From positions 2,783,812-2,847,811 of the forward strand of contig CM119266.1 in the NCBI GenBank assembly GCA_051294375.1: a stretch of 64,000 nucleotides of DNA, given 5' to 3'. The notes beneath the pieces were generated by a model. That model saw only the letters and a program-made list of their open reading frames with translations, did not search any database and was not told the DNA's origin. This stretch comes from Paraspadella gotoi (taxonomy: Eukaryota; Animalia; Chaetognatha). The position numbers and the translations under genes were made by a program. Shown here one piece after another: positions 50,073 to 61,900 of the stretch (position 1 is the stretch's first letter; each line of letters opens with the position of its first letter).

Positions 50073-53000
50073 CGGGCGCCTCTCGACGCGCTCCGCCGAC
50101 AACGTCGGTTTCAACGTCTCGTCTCTTCGCGCGGAATTTCTCAACTTTGGTCGACTTTTTTCCGCCGAAATGAGAAGTCGCGGGGACTTGGTTGAGGACG
50201 CGTTGGAAGACGCAGATTTTTTGGCCGCCGAGGTGAAGCTCGCCGGTAGCAAAGGATAGATTAACTAGATGTGAAATACTTTAGTTTCATGAAGTGACAA
50301 GTTATATCCACATAACGCAAAAAAATTTTCAAAATTTTGAAATATTTAAAAAATTAATTTAGCATTCCTTATTCCAAACGTTATATTTTGTTCACAAGGC
50401 CGAACAACATGAACAATCCTCTTCGCCTCAAACTGACGCGGAGTGGATCCAATTCGCTCTCCGCCACGCATCCCTCGACGTTGATGATCACGAGCCGTCG
50501 ACGGCCGAGATCGACGAACTTCTCGAGCGTCGCTACCCTAACATTCCCTTCTCCCTATTGCGGCGCCGACGGCTCCGACGCCTCCGCGAGGGTCTGGAGA
50601 CGCCCTGCGCCCGCTTTCCCGACTATCTCGATCTAGCCTTCGACACGCCTCACTGGCAAGTGATGGAGGCGCCCCCCTTTGGCGTAGTTTATCTCTACAG
50701 CGCCCACCTCGACGTGAGGGAGAGCAACGACGGGGTTTCGGTTCGCGTTTTGACGATGAAGACATTTCTCGATCGAAAATGGAAGCCGATGTGTCAGTTG
50801 TGGTTCGAGAGAAGGAAGGCGCCCGTCGTCGTAGGCGTCACTGTGGTCACTCCTACCTACACTGTTTATCCACAAAAAGGGGTCACGCAGGGATTTATTA
50901 TAAATTGCAAGCTGCCGACTTATGTTTCTAAGGTAGGAAAGAATATAATATGATTAAGTACCTTTTTCAGTGTACCTTCCAAAGGTGAAATCATATTTAC
51001 CATACGACGCTCGGTAACATTTTAAAGGCTAAATAAAAATAAAAATACTGTTAATTTTATCAATTTATGGTAAATGTCTTTTGTTTTCTGCCTGTTCCGT
51101 AAATCGTTAGTTTTGAGCCACAATCGATAGTCGTTTCGAATCAAAGGAAAAAAACAAAAGATCTGAGAGATATGTAATAATTATAAAATTGGTACAACCA
51201 ATATAAATTATAATATAATTTCATAATACTATATAGATTATAATACGATTTTGATAATAAAATTAATTGTAAAAAAATTAAATATATTGATTCATTACCA
51301 ATTGAATACTATTGTAACCGAGACGTATTGTGTTACCGCGTTTCGTAAGTTACTCCGTTCAGTTCACGCCGGTCGCAGTTTCACTCATAAACGAAAAATG
51401 TTCGACGGCGACGAACGTGTTGAGGGTCACCTACAACCCTCTTCGAGGCGATCCGAAAAAAAAGTTCGTCGTTTGCAGCAAGGGGCTGCACTATCCGCAA
51501 AAGGACATAAGCCCAAGGTAGCTATAACCGATGAAATTTAAATGATAATGTATACAGCGTTAAAACAAATGCTTTATTCTGAGGGTACTCGCCTAATTAA
51601 AATTATTATACTACTATATAGAGAAAAACATTTTAAAACCTTAATATTTTTTGATGGATTCTGAGAGAGCATAAAAAGTTAAATAAAAATAAAAATTCTT
51701 ACGTTTTCTTAGTAAAAATCTAAAAAAACTGATAAAATCATCAAAAGATGACGATTTTTACGATTTTTCTTATTTTTGACCTACTTATCATAAAAATATT
51801 TAAAAAAGAATTATACTTTGTGCAGACAACTTTGTATGAGCTATCTGAATCTGGTCTTAAAATTTAAAATTTCTCAAAAATTTTTTTGGCCTTTCCTAAA
51901 TAAATATTAAAAAATTAATTACTCGGGTATAGAGCCATATAATAATTTTTTTGTCAATTGAAAGTATACTTAGAAATGTATAAATTTTCGTTTAAATATG
52001 TACTCGCTCAAAATTTTTGACTCACCCCATTGAGTGCGGCCACCCCTACCCTAGGTTTAAATGCTAATGTCAATTATAATGAGTCGTATCGAGCCTATTA
52101 GGGTGACACATGTTCCCTCTTTCGTCCCACTATATGAGCTTAGTAGGGTGGATGACGGAAAATATCACAGGGCCTCGCTATCGAGCCAGAACGACTACAC
52201 TATATGAGCTTAATAGAGTGGATGACGGAAAATATCACAGGGCCTCGCTATCGAGCCAGAATGACTACACTATATGAGCTTAGTAGGGTGGATGACGGAA
52301 AATATCACAGGGCCTTGCTATCGAGCCAGAACGACTACACTATATGAGCTTAGTAGGGTGGATGACGGAAAATATCACAGGGCCTCGCTATCGAGCCAGA
52401 ACGACTATAGACGCGTCCCCTCTTCCCACAGGCTGGTAGAGTGGGTGGAAATGCTGCGCATCATGGGGGTGCACCGAATCTACATCTACGACTTTGGCAG
52501 CCACCCCAACATCACCAAGACACTGCGCCACTACGAAGAGGAAGGCTTTGTAGATCGCCGTCTCATCAGTCTTCCTGGGAGAAAGCAGAATGACCCGTTC
52601 CAGACGCACGCCTTCATGCTGGACCGAAGCAGGAGGCTCAAGAACGACGGGATCGAGGTCTATTTGCACGAGACCATCGCCAGAGACGATTGCCTCTTCA
52701 GGTTGTATTTGTTTGGTTTAATGCAATAGACATTTGACAAATTTACAAGATACCAGATTTCACATGTTTTGACCTATTCTGGAGCTACTCTTGAACGTTG
52801 ATATCTTATTTAACTTGAGCATTAAGCTATTGTCAGGATTGGTTTGATGTTTGGTCTGAATTTAACTCGTGTAGCTTCTGGCCCACTCTTAAGGACCATG
52901 TACCAGTACGAGTACATGAATTACGCCGATCCCGATTCAGTCATCGTCCCTTTGCAGCATAAGAACTGGTTGAAAATGATGGCTGACGTTCACAAGCCAG

Positions 53001-54637
53001 GTTTGGGTTTTTTCTGAAGAAATTCTGTCAAATACAATGAGTTATTTTTTTACATTCATTGATGAAATTAAACTCAACCCCAACCCCGGACCAGACGCTA
53101 AATGGAACAGCTTTTGCTTCCGCTGCGCCCTCTTTGAGCTGCAGCATCAAACTCAGCTCGCAATCGATCATGCCGACATTCCAAAAAACATGGCATTGCT
53201 TAACTACGTGCACCGTTGTCGTGGTTTTGCCGATCCAGACTACATCAACTGCTTTTTTAATCCCGAAACTGTCGTCGCCTACGGCCCACATTGCCCGCTA
53301 AAATGCTACGACTTGGTCAGTATGAGGGTCGCTTAGACCTAAAATTTTGGCTTCAGTTTTTAGAGAGAAAACGAAAATTTTGTTATAACAGAGAGAGGCA
53401 AAGCCCTCGAGCCCTCTTTGAACCGTGATGTAGGACGATTCGAACTCCCTCCAAGCTATGATTCGCTAATCAAAACTGTGGTGGAGCACCCAACGCCACC
53501 TCAGGCGCTCGGTGACTCCCCTGTCTCCACTCAACGGGTCAGGCGGAGGCCTCTCAGCAGGCAATGGATGTCCGATGCCTCACCCGTGCCTGCAGCAACT
53601 TGGCGCGTCTCTTCTCGTACCGAGCACCGTCCAAAGCGACGGCTGCAGGAGGAGGGAGAGGAGTCTGTATCTCCTGTTCCGAAACATGCCAGAACAGGCA
53701 ACCGCCCGTCAGGTGAGAGAAGGGCCGTCGGCAGGCCTATCACTTGGCATCTTTCCAGCTGGATCACTACCAGATCCCACCTTGTCCCACTCCACCACAA
53801 TATCCTCTCAGCCCATGATAGGCCCATGAACCGACTACATCGGTAACGCCCCACATTTGCTCGGCCGGAGGGGGGCAGCTCATTTTGAGCTCTTTCTTAA
53901 CTTATCATTTTACTTACCTTACTTACCTTATCTATTCCTCATTACTTATTCTTCTATTTCACTTCCTTTATTTCAAACTTACAAACTTTCATCAGTAAAA
54001 ACTAATTTATTGAATACTATTGATTATGTCTCTCTCTATCTCTCTCCTTTCACCATTTTCAAATTCACTTACTCTCTCCTTCCCACTATCCCTTACTCAA
54101 TTCTTTGTTGGAAAACTCTCTCTCTCTCTCTCCAAAACTAATGTTATTGCTAATGTTGATTCACTTGCTGATGAAGACTCGCAAAAACATAAGAGTCGAA
54201 ACATGTCCGAATTCATAACAAAATTTTCGTTTTCTCTACAAAAAAGAAAGTTCGAATACAATGGCTTCAGTTTTAAACCTCTTTCCGTTTTTCAGGAATT
54301 AAAGCCTTTTTCCCGCGTTCCGAGATATTGTCAGCCTCATAAAAACATCATGATCGATCCCAAAATAGCGTTTCAGGTGACAAAAATAATTTAAAATATT
54401 TACCTTTAATTTAATTCATCATATTTCTAAATTCATACGAATGTTTATTATTTAAAAAGAAAAAAAAAATTTTTTAAATTTTCAAAGGCGCATTATCGCG
54501 ACTATGGTGGGATGAAGAAATGCCCTCCTAATAACTCAGACGATTGGATTGAAGAAAAAAGATTATGGATTCACAAGGACGCATTCATTCCGCGAGTCTC
54601 CAAAACTTATCATTCTCTCGGACTTTACAAGATTTAA
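50073..54637 (+). CDS. Glycosyltransferase family 92 (DUF23 / galt-1-like); 5' end unresolved
   Basis: Exons give CARFPDYLDL, VYLYSAHLDVR..VRVL..CQLWF, FVVCSKGL..RLVEWVEMLRIMGVHRIYIY..LRHYEEEG, DCLFRTMYQYEYMNYADPDSVIVP and AHYR. Confidence 0.85.
52128..52408. repeat. 70-bp tandem repeat x4 immediately upstream of a GT92 splice acceptor
   Basis: TATATGAGCTTAGTAGGGTGGATGACGGAAAATATCACAGGGCCTCGCTATCGAGCCAGAACGACTACAC starts at 52131, 52201, 52271 and 52341. Confidence 0.96.
53361..54261 (+). mobile_element. Penelope-like fragment P4 (GIY-YIG C-terminus + pLTR) in a GT92 intron
   Basis: [22 protein letters not shown], homologous to P1; 23-bp inverted terminus AGAGAAAACGAAAATTTTGTTAT / ATAACAAAATTTTCGTTTTCTCT; TSD TGGCTTCAGTTTT at 53348-53360 and 54262-54274. 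Confidence 0.88.
54165..54210 (+). ncRNA. Minimal hammerhead ribozyme (P4 pLTR)
   Basis: TTG-CTGATGA-AGACTC-GCAAAAACATAA-GAGTC-GAAA-CATGTC-CGA; intact core with a GUC triplet. Confidence 0.85.
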
Positions 54638-55420
54638 CAGATAATCATAATTCGTATCGTTAGTTCGTATTTCTTTTATGTTGCTTGATAATTTTTAGTT
54701 TATAATGGTTGAAATTTTATGATATTGTTAATATTATTGAATATATTTCTTATTATTTCTCTTTCTTCGTCGAATGGAGGTTTACAGGATGCAATATACT
54801 CCATCGTATTTATTTTCAACTACTTGCGGTCTTTCAGCCCAAATGCTGCGCCATACTTCTGTTGTGATATTATTATGTAATAATCATAATATCATAGCAG
54901 AAGTATCAAGCCACCAAAATCTCGGATCGGAGACTCGGGCGATCTCCGCGGAAATGGAGTCGCCGAATCCTGATTGATATATATATTATAATCTATATAT
55001 TATAATATATATATTATTTAGCGAACCTTAAGAATTTTTTACGACATGAAAACCAGTTTTGACTTTTTAGTTCATAGCAAGTGAGTAGTCAATTCGGTTC
55101 GTTCGTAATAGTTCGAACTGGTTAAAATTTAAAAAAAATTTCTGCCTTCGGCGCTCCTTCTTTCTTTATCTTATCAACTTGAGTTGTGTTCGGTGAACCG
55201 GTTGAAGAGAGTTGACCGCGTGAAAAGAAATCGAATGTCTTTTTTGAGTGACGCTCTTGTCTTGAATAATTCCAAATAAGAGAGAAATCCGCTCGAGGTG
55301 TACATAAGAGAAACGGTAAGCATAGTATAACGTTCATTTTTAAATTATTTAACTAAATATTTTGATAAGTCTTTTCTTTCTGCTAATTTTTTTAAGATCT
55401 CAACTTTTAATCAACGCAAA

Positions 55421-57231
55421 ATGGAGTTAATTGCGCCGCCTCAAGAGTTGTTCAAGGAAATGCACGTTCCCAACAAGTTGCTATTGGTAGCGCTTTGTTA
55501 ATTATTTTAAACTAAATATTTAAAACGAAGATGTTAGAAATTTAATGCCTAATCATATCCTTAATTTACTTTCTGATGATTAAGGGACCGGGACCGTCCA
55601 ATGCGCCTGAAAGAATCCTGACTGCTTCGGCGAAGCCACTTCTCGGTCATTTACATCCAGAATTCACAAAAATCATGGACGACATTAAGGCCGGCGTTCA
55701 ATTCGCTTTTCAAGTAAGTTATGTTAAAAAATTAATAGTTAAGTAACTCGTGATACGTACATTGTCATTCTTGTTTTTAAGACGAAATCCAAATACGCTT
55801 TCGCCATTTCCGGAACGGGTCATTGCGGGATGGAGGCCGTGGTTTTTAACATGATCGAACCCGGCGATGTCGTTTTGGTGGCGGACAACGGGATTTGGGG
55901 CGAAAGATTCGCGGACCTTTGCGATCGGTATATTACTTGTTAAGAAATAAATTGTCTGAAAAAATAATGAATAATCAACCCCAGCGTCGGCGGCGTGGTT
56001 CGTCGCGTTACGAAGCCCTACGGCGAGGCCTGTTCTTTGGGGGATATCGAGGCAGCCCTGAAGGCTTATCGCCCAGCTTTTTTCTTCGTGACTCAAGGAG
56101 AGTCCTCGGCGACGGTGGCGCACCCTCTCGATGGCATCGGTCCGCTCTGTCACAGATACGGTACCATCTTTGGTGTCGACACTGTTGCCAGTTTAGGCGC
56201 CGTTCCTTTTCAGGTAAGTTACCGATTTAAATGGCTACTAAATGTTTATATGCGTTAACTCTCATCTAATTAGCAAACAATAACTAAAAAATTCTAATGA
56301 CCCAGATGGACGCGCAAGAAGTGGACATCGTCTACTCTGGGTCGCAAAAGGCTTTGAGTTGCCCGCCAGGAACGGCGCCGATCGCTTTCAACGAAAGAGC
56401 GCTCGATAAATATCGGAATCGCAAAACCCGGTGCCCCTCGTTTTACTTGGACTTCAATTGTCTTATAAATTATTGGAATTGCGAGGGAGAACCCAGGAAG
56501 TATCATCACACCGGCCCGATATCATCAATGTACTGTCTCAGAGAGGGCTTGGCCATTCTTGCTGAAGAAGGTGAGAGTGAAGTTATTAATAATTAAATTT
56601 TAAATAATTTAATCTTTATTTTTTGAAACAAATAACAGGGTTAGATGCGAGTTGGGAACGACATCGAACCGTGACCCAATCTTTGCACAAAGGTTTAGAG
56701 AGTTTAGGCCTGGAGCTTTTTGTCAAAGTATGCAAATTGAGTTGAAAATGTTTTTCGAAATCGGTGCTGGTTCAAAAATAATTCGCAATCCGTCAAATAT
56801 TCTGTTTAGAATTAGAAGCGGAAAATTTGCAATCATTCGGTAATACTTATGGTGTTTGTTGTTTAGAAATGATTTTTTTCACTAGCCGTGTATTTTCAAT
56901 TGGATTATTTGGGTTGACAATGTTCATTGTTCAGAGTCACTTGTATTAAAATTCATATTCATTCTTCCAAAACTTTTCTCATCAGGATCCCTCGTTGCGT
57001 CTATCGACCGTGACAGGGATTAAAGTCCCTGATGACGTTGACTGGAAAGAAGTGACGACCTACTTGATGAAGCAGCACAAGATCGAGATTGCGGGCGGAC
57101 TCGGCGCCACCGCGGGGAAAATCTGGAGGGTTGGCTTCATGGGCACTAACGCCAAGGCGGAGAACGTTGAGAAGCTGCTGGAAAAACTGGGCGAAGCTTT
57201 GGAGCATTGCAGAAAGAGAGGAAAAGCTTGA
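55421..57231 (+). CDS. AGXT: Alanine-glyoxylate / serine-pyruvate aminotransferase
   Basis: Exons give [75 protein letters not shown] (PLP Lys), YHHTGP and [21 protein letters not shown]. Confidence 0.95.
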
Positions 57232-58136
57232 GACAGTACCATGTGGTATTCTCTAAATTCCAGCGGATTATTTTTCTAATTCTAGTCCAATTAAAAAATT
57301 ATTACTTCGGTTTGTTTTTTTTAAATTTGTTACGTTTTTACATAAATTCATAATCATGTAATCAATAACATAAAAATTATTATGTCATGAAGGAAACTTT
57401 TAATTTCCAAAGACAACTGTCTCAATATTTTGTTAACATTCAGTTAGTAAATAAGTTTCACCCTCGAGCTAGATCCGCTTCTCTTTTTGTAAACCTCTGG
57501 GGGGTAGAAAATTTATTTTAACTTCCACCTCTGCGAGTATTTCGATCTCTCCTTAAAATCCTTTCGATTCTCTTATCATTTTGATTTTCTTCCCGACTCC
57601 GTTCTCGGCATCGGGTTCCTTGGGAAAGTTCCACTCTACCGCCTCTGCGGCCTCGGCCGGCCGACCCAACGCTCCGTCCGGCCAATCTCTGAGATAGGTA
57701 GGTCGATCTGTCCGGCAACTTGGGCCGAGTCGGCGAGTCGGTCGAGCATTCGGGGGCACCACATTACTTCTCTTTCGAATCTCGTGCGTCGTGGTCGTCG
57801 TCATCGTCGTTGTGGTCGTCGTCCCTCTGTCGGCCTCTGCCTCGGCTCCGGAACCAGATTCCCTCAACAGGAAAAAAAGGCCAACCCCACAATCTCGTCC
57901 AGCGGACAACATTGCCTTTCAATTCGCGGGAAGAAATTGTTTGGATGTTATTGCGGATGTTGTTGTCCTGAAAATTAATATTTCATTATAATAAGCAAAT
58001 TATTTTAAAGCGAGCGATGATCATTCTAAGTTTAACCTCCTCAATACTAACAATAACACTCAACAACAAATTTGGCTAATCGTGATTCTGATTCTTTTAA
58101 ATTTAAATAATTGTCGGAAATATAATTAAAGTGTTA

Positions 58137-58808
58137 AAGGGGCACTTTTTTGGGGGTTACTTTTATTTTCGCCGACCGGGGTGAGGGTTAAGGGTGGCTA
58201 GGGTTAAAAGGGGTTAGGGTAATTAAATAATAATTTGTTTTAAAAAAAGTTTGAAATAATTCCGACAACGATTTATTTTGAAACAATATATATCGTTGTT
58301 GAAATTATTTCAAACTTTTCTTTAAATATTAATCACCACGAAACGAAAGGATTACAATGCTTAAATTTTTTTTAAAAAATAAGCATTTTTAAGTGGTTAT
58401 TCAAAACCGCGGTCAGCGAAAGTAAAATTTGGCCTTTTTTTGTATATAATAAAGTTTATCTTTTGATAATTTGAGAGACAATTAAAAAAAGTATACCATT
58501 TACTGCGTTTATATATATTTTTTGTTTCAAAAATATGCAGATTATTTTCAATAATAATACATAATTTTTAAAATATTACCATTTAAATATTAATTAGTAT
58601 CTTTGTGATGCACCCCGGAAATTGAGCTCGAAAGACTGAGCTGTATTTAAAATTTTAGAATTTTTTAAATCCATAATCGTTTAAAATTTTTAAAAAGGAG
58701 GCTTAATTTATACTATATGATTATATTTATTTTTTTTTAAAAATAAATATTTTTATGTAGTTTTTTAAAAACCGCCAAAACCGCGGTCGGCGAAAGTAAA
58801 ATTTAGCC
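58137..58808. mobile_element. MITE-like remnant(s) with inverted termini and GGGTTA-like internal repeats upstream of SKIV2L
   Basis: TTTTCGCCGACCGGGGT (~58166) is inverted relative to ACCGCGGTC(A/G)GCGAAAGTAAAATTT(G/A)GCC at ~58406 and ~58780; GGGTTA-like units at 58185-58220. Confidence 0.5.
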
Positions 58809-58908
58809 GTTACATAATACGTCGGTTACCACCTATGCTACTTTTATACGGTATTAAAACCATGAAAATAAGATCATGGATCATTTTCACCATAAAGCGA
58901 TTTAGAGT

Positions 58909-61900
58909 ATGGAAATAAACGAATTGGAAAATGACAATTCCGAGACAATAGTAACTCTCGACCCCGTGGAATCCGCTAAACGGATCCTCCGAGACAATGC
59001 TCCCTACGACATCGTCAACTTTGGCGGGTTGGACCGAGTCGAACTCGTTCCAAAGCCCCCGCCGCCGACCGCCATCGCCGGCTCCCGTCGAGGCTTCGCC
59101 CTCGACCTGCCCCTCAACTGCCTTCCCTTCGGTCCCCCGCCGGTCTTCCCCAAGACCAAGGAGTCCCTCCTTGACTACGTGGAAAATCCCGAGAGACTTC
59201 CAATCTTCGATTTGGACGAGAACCAGACTTTCGAGCCGCGGACCCCGAATCCAGCCTCCCTTTTTGCCTGGGAGTTGTCCCCGGTCAGTTCCACCGTGAG
59301 GGTGGTCAGGCATCCGACCACCGGAATCATTCAGGGTAAGTTTCGAGGTGGAAGACAACAGGAGAGTCGGAATTTCGGCTACAGGCAAAGTGGTCTTTTA
59401 TCTATTGACGTGTTGAAGTTGAATTAACAGACAGAACATTAGTAATGTACTAAGATTTCTCTGTAATGTTACAAATTTGGTATCCATCAGGATACCGCGA
59501 GGAACCACTCGATGCCGTAGGCGAGACTGCCAAGAACTCACTCGGCCTGGGCCGCTTGCCAGGCCCGCCCGATCAGGGAGTTAAGGGCAAGCGGGAGAAC
59601 CTTCCTTTCTGGCCGGGCGGAATGGAGTGGGAGCCGCCGTCTTTTCGGCGAGGCGCCACCGCCCTTGAGGATGCCGAAGGTCAGTTGGACGAATCCTCGG
59701 AGCGAGCAGATCTCTTCGAGCGCGACCTCCTCACCATCGCCCCCGGCCTGGACGAAGGCCTTGTCTTCTCCGAGGATGGATGCTCCGCGGTGACAAGGAG
59801 AAAGACTTTGCAGGCGAGTCGCGGAGAGCAGTTGGTGGATGATTAGTATCACCATTGATCATATTTGATTCAATCCCGAAAGCAGGAAATCATCGCCGAG
59901 GGAGACGATCTGGAGTTCGAGGCTCCCGCCGCTGTCGAAGAGGCAGTTGAGCAGACTGGAGAGAAAGTAAAAAAGGATCAAAGAAAAGACGATTCTGAGT
60001 TGGACAAGATTGTGTCCAAGGTCGAAGTGTTGAGAATCTCGCAGGTCACTTCGGACGACGTCGAGTTGGGAGCGCTTCAGGTGGAGAAAGATATCCATAA
60101 AGAAATCATGTCATGTATATAGAGGCTAAAGTTAAAAATCCAAATGACTTAGCAGAATTGAGAGGAAAGTTCATTAAAAAGTCTCGGTATAATTTGCCGA
60201 CTAACATATTTTTCGCCTCTTTTTATAGTCCAGCTCCAAAACGAGCCAACTCCGCGGCCAATGGGAATGGGCAGTCGCCGTCAACGAGATTGACGAGCCT
60301 GTCGACGACTTCCACGAGCGCATCCCCGAGATGGCCTACAAGTGGCCCTTCGAGCTCGACGTCTTTCAGAAACAGACGATTCTCCATCTGGAAAGACACG
60401 AGAGCGTCTTCGTCGCCGCCCACACCTCCGCAGGGAAGACGGTTATCGCAGAATATGCCATCGCTCTCTGTCTAAAGCATATGACGAAAGGTTAAACAAA
60501 AACTTTAGTTGATTATTTGAATTATCGTAAGTCTTAATTTTAATCCCCATTTCACAGCAATATACACGTCCCCGATCAAAGCCTTGTCCAATCAAAAGTT
60601 TCGTGACTTCAAGACGACCTTCGTCGACGTGGGCCTCATCACCGGGGACGTCCAGATAAACCAGAAGGCCGCCTGCCTCATTATGACCACCGAGATATTA
60701 AGGTCGATGCTGTACAACGGGAGCGACGTCGTCAGAGATCTGGAGTGGGTCATCTTTGACGAGGTCCACTATATTAATGACAGGTTGGTCACAAATAAAG
60801 AGAAACAGCTTGCTAGTGTTTTTTATTTGTTAAGTGCTTGACTTAGCTTGACTCTGGCAAATACGCGATTCTTCTGTTCGAATGTGGAGTACATTTAAAT
60901 TGGCTCTTATTCGTAGAAAGAGATTCGGACGAAAGACTTTATAAAATTTTAGGGTGAGGCCTAAGTTATACTTGAGATTTTATTGCCACACAAGCTAGCT
61001 TCAGAACCCAGGGCTGCTGTTAGGGGGCAAACCTTGCGGACCCCCTAACTGGTCGATGGGCGGCTGCAGAGTGCAGACCAAAGAGGCAGATTTTCTCGGC
61101 GTTGCTAGTATGACACTGGATGCGGGTAGTAGTGCGTTAACTGTTTCACTATTCCAGAGTCACTACTCGGTATTTAAATACGTACGTATGAGGAGAGGAA
61201 CAACAGTTGAGTAGACACGGCTTCGTAAACGCACAGGAATCACAAAGTAAACACAAACACAAAAAACTCTGCTATAAAATGTTAATCAACGCATTTATCA
61301 ATGAATTTATCCACAAAAGTTTATCTACAGCTTAACGAGTTTATTCGTGATTCCACTTCCATTCGCTATTCCATTCTATTCCATTCGCTATTTCATTTTA
61401 TACCATTCGCTATTCCCCCGCCCAAAAAAAAAAAATAGCGAGCGAGGCGTTGTCTGGGAGGAAGTCCTCATCATGCTTCCGCAGCACGTGAACATCGTGC
61501 TCCTCAGCGCCACCGTCCCCAACACCCTAGAGTTCGCCGACTGGGTCGGGCGGACGAAGCGGAAAAAGATATTCGTCGTCTCCACCCTCAAGCGGCCCGT
61601 CCCCCTCGAGCACTTCCTCTACACGGGCAACAGTCAGAAAACAATGAACGAGTTGTTCATGGTGCTTGACTCGAGCAAGCAGTTCCTAACCGCCGGGCAT
61701 CAAAAGGCCGTCGCCGCCAAGAAAGAGAGAGAGTCTAAATCGAAGGAGTCCTACGGGGCCAAAGGTTTGTCGTGATTTTCATTATTACTTATTACTTACT
61801 GTCACTCACCAGAGGTGTGAAAAAATTCAGTTGGTCGTTCTAAAATTGATGCAGGTCCTCGTCCCGGCGATCCGCGCCAGGAAAAGAGCATTTACTTGTC

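Noticed and set aside
52128-52408. CRISPR-like array
   Set aside because: The 70-bp units are contiguous and near-identical with no unique spacers, and sit in a eukaryotic intron with no cas genes.
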